Shown piece by piece: positions 8,843 through 17,143 of a stretch of DNA of 64,000 nt. Made by a program: the position numbers and the translations under genes. This DNA comes from an uncultured Sphaerochaeta sp. (GTDB taxonomy: Bacteria; Spirochaetota; Spirochaetia; Sphaerochaetales; Sphaerochaetaceae). Below the pieces are notes generated by a model. The model was not told the origin of the DNA, did no database searches, and saw nothing but the letters and a program-made list of their open reading frames with translations. The stretch lies in the NCBI GenBank assembly GCA_964547185.1, contig CAZJMG010000001.1, positions 61,233-125,232 of the forward strand. The letters are read 5' to 3'. The first letter of the stretch is position 1, and each line of letters starts with the position of its first letter.

Positions 8843-10873
8843 ATGACAGCACACAAGAGCGTAAAGCCACTGAGCTATGAGGAAGCTTCCTTCGATTTTG
8901 ACCTTAAGCTTATAGCAGAGTACAAAAAGCAATGCATAAACGAACGAATTATTGGCCAGCCGAGGGCGATTCGCGCGTTGCAGCTGGGGCTTTCCTTGGA
9001 AAAGAGCGGGTACAACGTTTTTGTCAGTGGAGACAGCGGCAGTGGAAGACACAACGCTGTGCGTCATACGATTGAATCGATACGAAACGATGTTTCAAAG
9101 CTCAAGGACATCGTATATGTATATAACTTCCTCCAACCCGACAGTCCCAAAGTGCTCACCTTCGAGGCGGGAACAGGACAACGATTTTCTGATGCAATGC
9201 TGACTTTCAATCAAAAAATTGTCGCTCTGGCAAAACATACAGATACCTTTCTGCAAGAGGCGCTAAAGCTCCTTGAGCTCTTGCAACATGAATTTTCTTT
9301 GTACCTGGAGGTCGTGGATTTTTTTGTACACCTCCGGGTCGACCTCATTCGCCAAGCAGAACATATCAAGCATGTGGAGAGTAAAAATCTCAAGGATGAC
9401 CCGATTGCTACGAGATATCAAGCAAATCTTTTAGTGAATCATGCGCACAGCACCGCCCGTCCCCTTATCATAGAACCACATCCTTCCTTTACCAATCTTT
9501 TTGGCTCGATTGATTCCCTTGAAAAATCACCACACCTCAGTTTGCATGCAGGATCCCTTGTCGAGGCTAGTGGGGGGTTCATCGTCATCGACGCCGATGA
9601 GCTGATCAGTGAAACTGGTCTTTGGGACGCCTTGAAACGATATCTTGATGCAAATACTCTTGTGCTTGAGAGCACAACTCCCTCGAAGGGGGAGATTCGC
9701 AGTCCCATCCGTCCTCAGATAGTGCCACTTCCTGTAAAGGTCATACTCATCGGCAGCGAGGATACGTACGATATACTCAGTGAAGGCGATGAGCGTTTTT
9801 TAACTCTCTTCAAGATTTGCGCCCAGTTCGATTACAGTATGCCGCTACAAGAAAAGACCATCATTCAAAGCATCGCCAATCTTAAGAGCTATGCAAAAGA
9901 ACGAGGACTTTTTGAGCTTACCGATTCGGCATACGCCCAATTGCTGCGCTACAGCTGCTGGTATGTAGAGAGCCGCACCCATCTTTCCACCCACTTTTCA
10001 TCCCTGTATGACCTGATTGAAGAGGCACAATGGTGGGCTCAGCACAATCAGAAACAGATTATTGACGGAGAGATGATTCTTACGGTGAACGAAGAGCGCA
10101 GTTATGCCAACAGCATCAGTGAAAGCAAAATCAATGAGGAAATACTCAATGGAGAGATGATAATAAGTCTCGAAGGGTCCAAAATCGGGGTGGTGAATGC
10201 TCTTGCTGTGATGGATCGAGGAAGCGCCTCATTCGGCACTCCCACTGTCATATCCTGTACTGTTGCACCAGGCAATGAAGGCATCGTAAACATCGAGCAC
10301 GAAGCCGGTTTGAGTGGAGAAATCCATGACAAGGGTCTTTTGATCCTGGAAGGATACCTCAGGAAGCATTATGCAAGAAACTTTGTGCTCTCGATCTATG
10401 CGGGCATTGCCTTTGAGCAATCTTACGCTGAAGTTGACGGTGATAGTGCTTCCTCAAGTGAGCTGTATGCCTTACTCTCCGCAATTGGGGAATTACCCAT
10501 TCGACAAGACATAGCTGTTACCGGCTCGGTCAATCAGATGGGCTTGATACAACCGGTGGGAGGCATCAATGAAAAGATTGAAGGGTTCTTCCGTACCTGC
10601 CAGACCACAGGACTGACCGGCAAGCAGGGAGTGATCATCCCCATACAAAATGTCCGCAATCTGATCTTGTCCTATGAAGTCCTCGATGCAATCAAAGAAA
10701 ATAAATTCTTCATATATCCGATCAAGCATATTGATGAAGGAATGCGCCTGCTTACCGGTAGGCCGTGTGGAGTGAGAAATGCAAAGGGGAATTACAGTGC
10801 TGGAAACTTCAACTATGACATCGAGGAGAGATTGAAACGGATGTATCTCGCTGTCTCTTCAAACCGCAACTGA
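8843..10873 (+). CDS. Lon-like (LonB/LonC-type, COG1067-like) protease with a degenerate AAA-like domain
   Basis: 676 aa. N-terminal IIGQPRAIRALQLGL..GYNVFVSG. P-loop GDSGSGRH (Arg/His in place of Lys/Thr). C-terminal Lon proteolytic domain with GDSASSSELYALLSAI (Ser) and GGINEKIEGFF (Lys). Confidence 0.85.
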   Translation: MTAHKSVKPLSYEEASFDFDLKLIAEYKKQCINERIIGQPRAIRALQLGLSLEKSGYNVFVSGDSGSGRHNAVRHTIESIRNDVSKLKDIVYVYNFLQPDSPKVLTFEAGTGQRFSDAMLTFNQKIVALAKHTDTFLQEALKLLELLQHEFSLYLEVVDFFVHLRVDLIRQAEHIKHVESKNLKDDPIATRYQANLLVNHAHSTARPLIIEPHPSFTNLFGSIDSLEKSPHLSLHAGSLVEASGGFIVIDADELISETGLWDALKRYLDANTLVLESTTPSKGEIRSPIRPQIVPLPVKVILIGSEDTYDILSEGDERFLTLFKICAQFDYSMPLQEKTIIQSIANLKSYAKERGLFELTDSAYAQLLRYSCWYVESRTHLSTHFSSLYDLIEEAQWWAQHNQKQIIDGEMILTVNEERSYANSISESKINEEILNGEMIISLEGSKIGVVNALAVMDRGSASFGTPTVISCTVAPGNEGIVNIEHEAGLSGEIHDKGLLILEGYLRKHYARNFVLSIYAGIAFEQSYAEVDGDSASSSELYALLSAIGELPIRQDIAVTGSVNQMGLIQPVGGINEKIEGFFRTCQTTGLTGKQGVIIPIQNVRNLILSYEVLDAIKENKFFIYPIKHIDEGMRLLTGRPCGVRNAKGNYSAGNFNYDIEERLKRMYLAVSSNRN

Positions 10874-11656
10874 AGAGGCAAACCAGCTATACAGCATGAT
10901 TCCGCTTGCGACCGATACATTCAAAGAGCCTTTGCTTCCTGCCAAAGGAATAGAGAGCCGTCCAAGGGATCTCTCACAACGGGCAAGCAAGGAGGGGCTC
11001 ACCCCCAGCTCCTCCGATCCAATTACTGCAAAGCCACGCTTAGGGAACACAAACGAATCGAGGGTTTGTCCTCCTGTCTCCAAAGCAAAGACTTCCAGAT
11101 CGGTGGCATCGAGCATTCTCAAGAGATCTTCTTCTCCAATACGCTGTGAGGCAACAGTTTCTGTACAGCCCCTGCTGCTTCTTTGTGCTCTAGGATGATT
11201 GATGTCCGCGCAGCCTTCGATGAGAAAGATTTTTTGAATCCCGAAGGATTCGGCACTGCGGAAGATGGCTCCCACATTGAAGGGTGAACGAACACGATCG
11301 AGAATGAGAAATTGTTCTAAAATCAATCGCTTTGAGCAATCGAGCTCTCCTGATTCATCGGTAAAATCCCAATCAGCCGGCTCGCTGCCCAACACCCCGA
11401 GCAAGAAGTAATGGATATCTTCGCAGGCGAACTGCAACGCTCTGCCCTCCTTGGTAAACAACTCATCGCTTTGTTGTGCAAGATGTGCCAGCTCTGTTGT
11501 ATCCAGGACACTGCAAAACTGCTTTTCTGAAAAAAGGGAACAAAGCCCTTTCAGGTAGACAGGATCAGGATTCTGACTCATCTGGTGAAACAAATGAGCA
11601 CATTTACGGACACAGGTTCTATCCTTGAGCGTTCTAAGCTTCGCTATCGTTATCAT
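10859..11656 (-). CDS. TrmH/SpoU-family RNA 2'-O-methyltransferase
   Basis: C-terminal SPOUT domain motifs NVGAIFRSAESFG, VIGSEELGVS, IPLAGSKGSLNVSVASGIMLY. Start is uncertain (ATG 11656 or 11581; the ORF runs to 11695). Confidence 0.8.
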   Translation of the reverse strand: MITIAKLRTLKDRTCVRKCAHLFHQMSQNPDPVYLKGLCSLFSEKQFCSVLDTTELAHLAQQSDELFTKEGRALQFACEDIHYFLLGVLGSEPADWDFTDESGELDCSKRLILEQFLILDRVRSPFNVGAIFRSAESFGIQKIFLIEGCADINHPRAQRSSRGCTETVASQRIGEEDLLRMLDATDLEVFALETGGQTLDSFVFPKRGFAVIGSEELGVSPSLLARCERSLGRLSIPLAGSKGSLNVSVASGIMLYSWFASSVAV

Positions 11657-12341
11657 CAGACTCTTGTGCCTCAACAGGTGCCACGAGAATAGCAAACTCT
11701 CCCTTCAGCGTTGTACTGCTTTCTAGCTGAGCAGCCACATCGTGAGCCGAGCCTGTTACAAATTCCTCAAACTTCTTTGTCATTTCTCTGCCCACCACTA
11801 AAAAACGCTTTGCATCAAGATCAGCAATCTCAGCAAGGGTCTTTACTACGCGGAAGGGCGATTCGTACAATATGAAAGCTTCATTTCGTGCAAGCAACAG
11901 TTCAAGCCGTTTCGTCCTTCGCCCTTTTCTAGGACTGAGAAAGCCTTCAAAGGTAAAGGTCTTACCAACATAGCCGGAAACACTGACAAGAGCGGAAAGT
12001 GCTGAGACTCCTGGTATCGGAACTATGGTGAACCCTGCACTGCGAACAGCGCTGACCACCCTGGACCCGGGATCGCTGATGCCCGGGGTTCCTGCATCTG
12101 AGACAAAAGCAACATCCTTGCCTTCAGCCAGCAAAGCCACGATACCCTTTGCTGAATTACTCTCATTGTGGGCATGACAGGCGATGAGGCGCTTGCTGAT
12201 CTGATAGTGGTTAAGCAATTGCTGGGTATGACGGGTATCTTCACAGGCTATGACATCAACCATCTGCAGGGTTTGTACAGCACGATAGGTCATATCCTCA
12301 AGATTTCCGATCGGTGTTGCCACCATATATAAGGTACTCAT
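11634..12341 (-). CDS. rsmI: 16S rRNA (cytidine1402-2'-O)-methyltransferase RsmI
   Basis: Canonical N-terminus MSTLYMVATPIGNLEDMTYRAVQTLQMVDVIACEDTRHT. Tetrapyrrole-methylase-fold length (235 aa). Confidence 0.9.
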   Translation of the reverse strand: MSTLYMVATPIGNLEDMTYRAVQTLQMVDVIACEDTRHTQQLLNHYQISKRLIACHAHNESNSAKGIVALLAEGKDVAFVSDAGTPGISDPGSRVVSAVRSAGFTIVPIPGVSALSALVSVSGYVGKTFTFEGFLSPRKGRRTKRLELLLARNEAFILYESPFRVVKTLAEIADLDAKRFLVVGREMTKKFEEFVTGSAHDVAAQLESSTTLKGEFAILVAPVEAQESDDNDSEA

Positions 12342-12498
12342 GAAATCAGTCTACACGCTACCTTCATCCCTTACAAGTTGCCAAGGGTGGTATCATTTGC
12401 CTCATGTTTTGGTATTTTTTACCAACACCACAGCAAAAAACTGATTTTTCAGGGAAAGAGGCCTTTAATAGATGGCATAGACCCTGTTTTTCAAAAGT

Positions 12499-12514
12499 TG
12501 GCACGCCTTTTGCA
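12499..12514 (+). promoter_or_regulatory. sigma-54 (-24/-12) promoter of pspA1
   Basis: TGGCACgccttTTGCA matches TGGCAC-N5-TTGC exactly, about 60 nt upstream of pspA1. Palindrome TTGGTA-N5-TACCAA at 12409-12425 is a candidate UAS. Confidence 0.75.
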
Positions 12515-12573
12515 TAGGTATATTCGTAACACAAATACTACAAACAACAGCCACAAAGTGGCGAAAGGAGACA

Positions 12574-13251
12574 ATGATGCAGATGTTCAAAAGATTCGCC
12601 GATATCTTCAACTCACACGTAAACAGCGCCTTGGATAAGATGGAAGATCCGGCAAAGATGATCAACTTGATGATCACCGAGCTTGAAGAAACCCAGACAA
12701 AGGCCCGTTCTTCGATGGCCGCAAGGAAAGCAGAACAGACAACCTTGCTGCGAGAGAAGTCAGAATATGAGAAGAGTGCCCTGCGTTGGGAAGATCGAGC
12801 AAAATTGGCAATCGAAAAAGGCAGAGAAGATCTTGCTCGTGAAGCACTTCTTGCAAAAAAGCAAGCAAATGACCAGATTTCAAGAGTTGAACAACAGCTG
12901 GAAAACCTCTCTTCAATTCTTGCTAGCCAGAGCAGCCAGTTGGCTCAGATTACCGACAAACTCAAAGAAGTCAAGGAGAAGCAGCAAATCTTGATCCAGA
13001 GAGCTTCCAGCGCCAAAGAGAAGAAGAAGGTTGCACAGACTTTGAAGAACAGTGAGAGTGCAGACCTGGCACGCAAGTTCAGTGAACTGGAGAGCAAGAT
13101 TGAACGAATGGAAGCTGATGCAGAGATGACAGCCTACAAGGGAACCACCTCAACAGCAGATGAGTTTGCAAAAATGGAAAACGACAGCGCTATTGAATCT
13201 GAATTGGAAAGTTTGAAAGCTGCAATGAGCAAGAAGAAGGAGCAGAAATAA
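12574..13251 (+). CDS. pspA: phage shock protein A (PspA/IM30 family), paralogue 1
   Basis: MMQMFKRFADIFNSHVNSALDKMEDPAKMINLMITELEE..., a coiled-coil protein. AAGGAG RBS at 12565-12570 favours ATG 12577 or 12583 over 12574. Confidence 0.9.
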   Translation: MMQMFKRFADIFNSHVNSALDKMEDPAKMINLMITELEETQTKARSSMAARKAEQTTLLREKSEYEKSALRWEDRAKLAIEKGREDLAREALLAKKQANDQISRVEQQLENLSSILASQSSQLAQITDKLKEVKEKQQILIQRASSAKEKKKVAQTLKNSESADLARKFSELESKIERMEADAEMTAYKGTTSTADEFAKMENDSAIESELESLKAAMSKKKEQK

Positions 13252-13457
13252 TGAGTTACTACAGCAGAGAAGATAATCGGACCCTCTACCGTGAGAGAAG
13301 AGGCATGATCTTGGGAGTCTTCCAAGGCTTAGCTACCTGGTCGGGCTTGCCGGTACTCCTTTTGAGGATAGTCGGTATCATCCTGCTGTTCTCCGTAGGG
13401 CTTACTCCAATCATAATCGCCTATCTCGCAACTGCACTGATGCTACCCTCACGATAG
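13251..13457 (+). CDS. pspC: PspC-domain membrane protein (minimal, 68 aa)
   Basis: LYRERRGMILGVFQGLATWSGLPVLLLRIVGIILLF is the PspC-domain signature. TAATG stop/start coupling to pspA1. AAGGAG RBS. Confidence 0.8.
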   Translation: MSYYSREDNRTLYRERRGMILGVFQGLATWSGLPVLLLRIVGIILLFSVGLTPIIIAYLATALMLPSR

Positions 13458-13500
13458 ACACTAAACCTCACTTCATGACATATAGTATATACGACTTCTT

Positions 13501-13529
13501 GAGCAGGACATCATTTGGGTGTCCTGCTC
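13501..13529. terminator. bidirectional stem-loop between pspC1 and pspF 3' ends
   Basis: GAGCAGGACA-tcatttggg-TGTCCTGCTC: 10-bp perfect stem, T-rich on the + side. Confidence 0.6.
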
Positions 13530-13539
13530 TTCTATTCAT

Positions 13540-14574
13540 CTATTCTTCTTGCAGCTTATCCTGGTATTTCCGATACAACCCCCGAAGTTGGTCATAGGTC
13601 AGGCTGAGCATTTTTGCCGCCTCTTTCTGATTTCCACCGCTCTCTTGGAGTGCTTGCTTGAGATAGGAAAGCTCCAGCTCGACTCTTGCCTGATCAAAAC
13701 TACCAAGATCCAGTTTCTCCTTTTTGACAACTGTGCAAGCAACTTCCTCTTGGATCGGATTGAAAGGATTCTTGAACGGGTCGAATTCCAAAAATTCCAG
13801 AACAGAGTGGTCGCTTCGATAGACAGCCCGTTCAATGACATTCTTCAGTTCTCTGACATTGCCCGGCCATTGATAACCAAGGAGCTGAGAGACCACCTCC
13901 TCGCTGAACGTCGGCATCTCTTTTCTTCCACATTCCAAGGCCATCTTTGAGGCAAAGTAGGATGCAAGCAATACGATATCCTCTCCACGCTCCCGCAAAG
14001 GAGGAAGAAACAAGACCTCAAAGGAGAGGCGATCCAAAAGATCCTCCTTGAACTTCCCTTCTTTGCATAGTGTCGGAAGATCGGCATTGGTCGCCCCGAT
14101 GATCCGTACATTTGATTCATGAGTTATTGATGAACCTACTCTCTCATAGGTTCCATACTCGACCACCCTGAGAATTTTCTCCTGGACTTCAAGAGGAATT
14201 AGCCCTATCTCATCAAGAAACAAGGTTCCTCCTTCTGCCTCTTCGAATCTCCCTTTGCGTGTCTTCTGGGCCCCGGTAAATGCACCTTGCTCATACCCAA
14301 ACAGCTCTGTTTCAATGAGCGAGGGTGGCAAGGCGGCACAGTTGACGGTTACCAGATTCTGTTGCCAGCGAGGAGAGAGAAAGTGCAATCTTCTTGCGGC
14401 GATCTCCTTTCCGCTTCCCCGCTCTCCTACCAACAGTACTGAACGGTTTACCGTTGCAGCACGACTGAGCTTGCTTTGAAAGTCGAGAAAGACTTCACTT
14501 TCGCCGAGTGGTTGTTGATTATATCCTCCCTGCAGGGCTTCCATCAGACACTCCTTGTTGGTAAAATTTGCCAT
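13540..14574 (-). CDS. pspF: sigma-54-dependent transcriptional activator PspF (no receiver domain)
   Basis: AAA+ EBP core: GERGSGKE Walker A, GAFTGA loop (YEQGAFTGAQ), GGTLFLDEI Walker B. C-terminal Fis-type HTH (EAAKMLSLTYDQLRGLYRKY). Lies between two pspA operons. Confidence 0.9.
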   Translation of the reverse strand: MANFTNKECLMEALQGGYNQQPLGESEVFLDFQSKLSRAATVNRSVLLVGERGSGKEIAARRLHFLSPRWQQNLVTVNCAALPPSLIETELFGYEQGAFTGAQKTRKGRFEEAEGGTLFLDEIGLIPLEVQEKILRVVEYGTYERVGSSITHESNVRIIGATNADLPTLCKEGKFKEDLLDRLSFEVLFLPPLRERGEDIVLLASYFASKMALECGRKEMPTFSEEVVSQLLGYQWPGNVRELKNVIERAVYRSDHSVLEFLEFDPFKNPFNPIQEEVACTVVKKEKLDLGSFDQARVELELSYLKQALQESGGNQKEAAKMLSLTYDQLRGLYRKYQDKLQEE

Positions 14575-14690
14575 TCTTGGTAGGTTTCACCAGCGCTAGG
14601 GTATCATAGCTGTACTCTTGATAAAAGAGGGAAGCCCGCAATCTGTGCTATTTTGGTGATTTACAAGTTTTTTTGTAAAAAAATAAGAGT

Positions 14691-14706
14691 TGGCACGAAT
14701 CATGCA
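14691..14706 (+). promoter_or_regulatory. sigma-54 (-24/-12) promoter of the pspA2 operon
   Basis: TGGCACgaatcATGCA (one deviation in the -12 box), about 50 nt upstream of pspA2. Palindrome TTTACAA-N6-TTGTAAA at 14660-14679 lies just upstream. Confidence 0.7.
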
Positions 14707-14755
14707 TCTAGATTTATACAAACACAGGTGGTACTACTACCTATAGGAGAGAAAT

Positions 14756-15412
14756 ATGGGAGTTTTTTCAAGATTCTTAGATATTGTCAATGCGAACATC
14801 AACTCGCTCTTGGACAAAGCAGAAGACCCAGAGAAGATGATCAAGCTGATGATGCAGGAGATGGAAGATACACTGATCGAGCTTAAAAGCTCCTGCGCAG
14901 CAAAGATGGCCAGCAAGGCTAAAACCGAACGGACCTACAAGGAAGCCCTCAGTGCTGTAGAGCGCTGGCAAAACAGGGCAGAACTTGCCATCAGTAAGGG
15001 TCGTGAGGACTTGGCTCGTGAGGCACTGCTTGAGAAAAAGCAGGCTAGTTCTTCACTCGATCAACTCGAGCAAGAACTTGCAACCTTTGACGAGGTCATC
15101 AAGACAGCAAAGAGCGAGATCAATCAGATTGAGGATAAACTTACCTCAGTGAAACAAAAGTACCAGATGATGGTCGAACGAGCCAAACGAGCCCGAGAAG
15201 AGCAGGCAGCCCAGGAAACATTGAGAAGGGCAAGCGAAGATTCCACGCTTCACCGCTTCAGCTCCATGGAAGAAAAAATCGACCGCATGAAAGCAAACAA
15301 TGAGATGAATCGCTACAGTTCATCCTCCCTTGACGACAAGTTCAGAGACTTGGAAGAGATGGATGATATTGATGCTGAAATTGCAGAGCTGCGCAAGCGC
15401 GCTGGCTTATAA
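14756..15412 (+). CDS. pspA: phage shock protein A, paralogue 2
   Basis: MGVFSRFLDIVNANINSLLDKAEDPEKMIKLMMQEMEDTLIELKSS closely follows the enterobacterial PspA N-terminus. GGAG RBS 6 nt upstream. Confidence 0.92.
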   Translation: MGVFSRFLDIVNANINSLLDKAEDPEKMIKLMMQEMEDTLIELKSSCAAKMASKAKTERTYKEALSAVERWQNRAELAISKGREDLAREALLEKKQASSSLDQLEQELATFDEVIKTAKSEINQIEDKLTSVKQKYQMMVERAKRAREEQAAQETLRRASEDSTLHRFSSMEEKIDRMKANNEMNRYSSSSLDDKFRDLEEMDDIDAEIAELRKRAGL

Positions 15413-15427
15413 GGAAAGGGGCTGAGC

Positions 15428-15775
15428 ATGCAGGCAATATGGATTTTAGCAGTAATCTTCACGTTCATAATCATTGTTTCCACCATCGACAACCGTTATA
15501 ATTTGCGCAAGAAAAAAATTGAAGCAGCCTTGAGAATGCGGGAAATGGAGATGGGATTCCCTCCTGGAACGTACAGCAATGTAAAGATTAAGAGGAACAA
15601 GGGAAAACAGAAAAACGGTGATGATCTTGATGCTTCTTTTACCGAGTGGAAACAGGGAACAAACAGGACAGAACTGAAGAAGGGAATTGACGATCTGCAA
15701 GACAGACTTGCAAATCTTGAAACGATAATGGCCAGCCGAAGGCAGCAAGCCAATGGCCCAGAAGATAAGGAATGA
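15428..15775 (+). CDS. PspB-like single-pass membrane protein
   Basis: 115 aa. N-terminal TM (AIWILAVIFTFIIIVSTI), basic linker, and a C-terminal leucine-zipper-like LQDRLANLETIM that resembles the PspB C-terminus. Its position between pspA and pspC also fits. Confidence 0.5.
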   Translation: MQAIWILAVIFTFIIIVSTIDNRYNLRKKKIEAALRMREMEMGFPPGTYSNVKIKRNKGKQKNGDDLDASFTEWKQGTNRTELKKGIDDLQDRLANLETIMASRRQQANGPEDKE

Positions 15776-16143
15776 AAGGAATGATTGCTATGGCTACTAA
15801 AAAATTGTACCGCTCCCCTCGGGGAAAGATTTTCGGAGTGTGCACAGGTCTTGCAGAGTGGAGAGATTTACCGGCCGACCCCGTACGCTTGATAGTATTT
15901 CTTGTAGTGCTCGCCACCGGCGTGTTCCCTGGAGCTTTGATCTACCTTGGTGCAGCCTTGTTGATCCCCATGAATCCAGGCTACTCATACAGCGAGACCA
16001 TCTATGAGGAAGAAAGCCCAAGAGAAAGCGACGAAGCCCTCAAAGCTGAGTACGAAAGACTCAAGCGCAAGGTAGAAAAGATGGAAGGCGAGATGTTCAA
16101 CAAAGAACGCGACTGGGACGACCGGTTCCATCAGGGGCATTAA
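15772..16143 (+). CDS. pspC: PspC-domain envelope stress protein
   Basis: KLYRSPRGKIFGVCTGLAEWRDLPADPVRLIVFLVVL matches the PspC domain. ATGA overlap with the preceding gene. Alternative ATGs at 15781 and 15790. Confidence 0.8.
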   Translation: MKGMIAMATKKLYRSPRGKIFGVCTGLAEWRDLPADPVRLIVFLVVLATGVFPGALIYLGAALLIPMNPGYSYSETIYEEESPRESDEALKAEYERLKRKVEKMEGEMFNKERDWDDRFHQGH

Positions 16144-16144
16144 T

Positions 16145-17017
16145 ATGCTGAAAGACACCAAGGCCACCAAAATAGCCCTGCTTGTCTTGGTTGTAATTCT
16201 GGGCCTCTCCTTCTCCCTCTTCAGGGGTTGTGATATCACAAGTAGAGGCTCCAAGGCTGACCAGAGCGTGGCTTTTACAAGCTCTGACTCGTTAAAGGTC
16301 AGCACCATAACCAACAACATCATCATAAAGATTGACCCCAACTCTACACAGGCAAGAGTATCCATAGGAAAAAGTGACAATGATACGCTCTCTGTTACCA
16401 AGTCCTCGTCACAGCTTTCGGTAGAAGTGAAACCCAAGAAGAGATTGTTTTTCAACATCTTTTCCTACAAGCCTTCAAACTTGGTTATTACACTCCCTAC
16501 CTCTGAGCTGAACAATCTTGACGTCTCTAGCGTGAGCGGCAGCATACAATTGTTGCAACCGATTACTGCTCAACAGATCAGAATCAATAGCACAAGTGGA
16601 AAGGTTGATGTGTTGGATGTACAGGCAAAAAAGGACATCCGACTCTCGACAATAAGCGGATCGATCCGATCGAATACAGCAAAGAGTTCAGGGAACCTGG
16701 AAGTACTGAGCACCAGCGGTTCCTTGAAGGTGGAGAAAGTCTCTGCTGCGCGCAGCATCTTGCGCACAGTAAGCGGAAGCATTGACTCTATAGTCTTTCT
16801 TCCTCAGCAAGGTTCTTTAGAAGCAAAGTCTACAAGTGGATCGGTCAAACTTGACCTTCGCAATGCTTCCGACCTTTCCTTGAACGCTTCTACCGTCAGT
16901 GGAAGAATAACTTTCAACGGCCAAGAGCAGGAAAAGAAACCAAGTCTTTCCCTTGGAGCGTCAAATCAATCAGTAAATCTAAGCTCTGTCAGCGGTTCTA
17001 TAGCTGTTACCCATTGA
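16145..17017 (+). CDS. DUF4097/Toastrack-type beta-strand repeat protein, membrane anchored
   Basis: N-terminal TM followed by about 8 repeats of the S(T/V)SGS(I/L/V) motif (VSGSIQL, TSGKVDV, ISGSIRS, TSGSLKV, VSGSIDS, TSGSVKL, VSGRITF, VSGSIAV). Start is 2 nt after the pspC2 stop. Confidence 0.75.
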   Translation: MLKDTKATKIALLVLVVILGLSFSLFRGCDITSRGSKADQSVAFTSSDSLKVSTITNNIIIKIDPNSTQARVSIGKSDNDTLSVTKSSSQLSVEVKPKKRLFFNIFSYKPSNLVITLPTSELNNLDVSSVSGSIQLLQPITAQQIRINSTSGKVDVLDVQAKKDIRLSTISGSIRSNTAKSSGNLEVLSTSGSLKVEKVSAARSILRTVSGSIDSIVFLPQQGSLEAKSTSGSVKLDLRNASDLSLNASTVSGRITFNGQEQEKKPSLSLGASNQSVNLSSVSGSIAVTH

Positions 17018-17027
17018 ATTTTTCCCA

Positions 17028-17078
17028 GCTGTCTTCTTTTCTGACCCTAAATCAGAAAAGAGACAGCGTATTCTTTTC
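17028..17078 (+). terminator. intrinsic terminator of the pspA2 operon
   Basis: GCTGTCTTCTTTTCTGA...TCAGAAAAGAGACAGC long stem (one bulge) followed by a T-rich tract. Confidence 0.55.
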
Positions 17079-17143
17079 TATTTCTCTTGCCATCTACCGC
17101 TTTTGACAGGTAGCATACACCTACCTAGATTGGAGGTGGTGAT

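Noticed and set aside
8843-10873. The Lon-like protease as a BREX BrxL-type defence component.
   Set aside because: No PglX methyltransferase, PglZ, BrxA/B/C or any other defence-island gene is nearby. The neighbours are core genes (nif3-like, lspA, trmH-like, rsmI). The N-terminal region looks like the COG1067 LonB/LonC type.
12378-12638. An 86-aa plus-strand ORF upstream of and overlapping pspA1.
   Set aside because: It runs through the sigma-54 promoter and the pspA1 RBS and start in another frame, and has no independent support.
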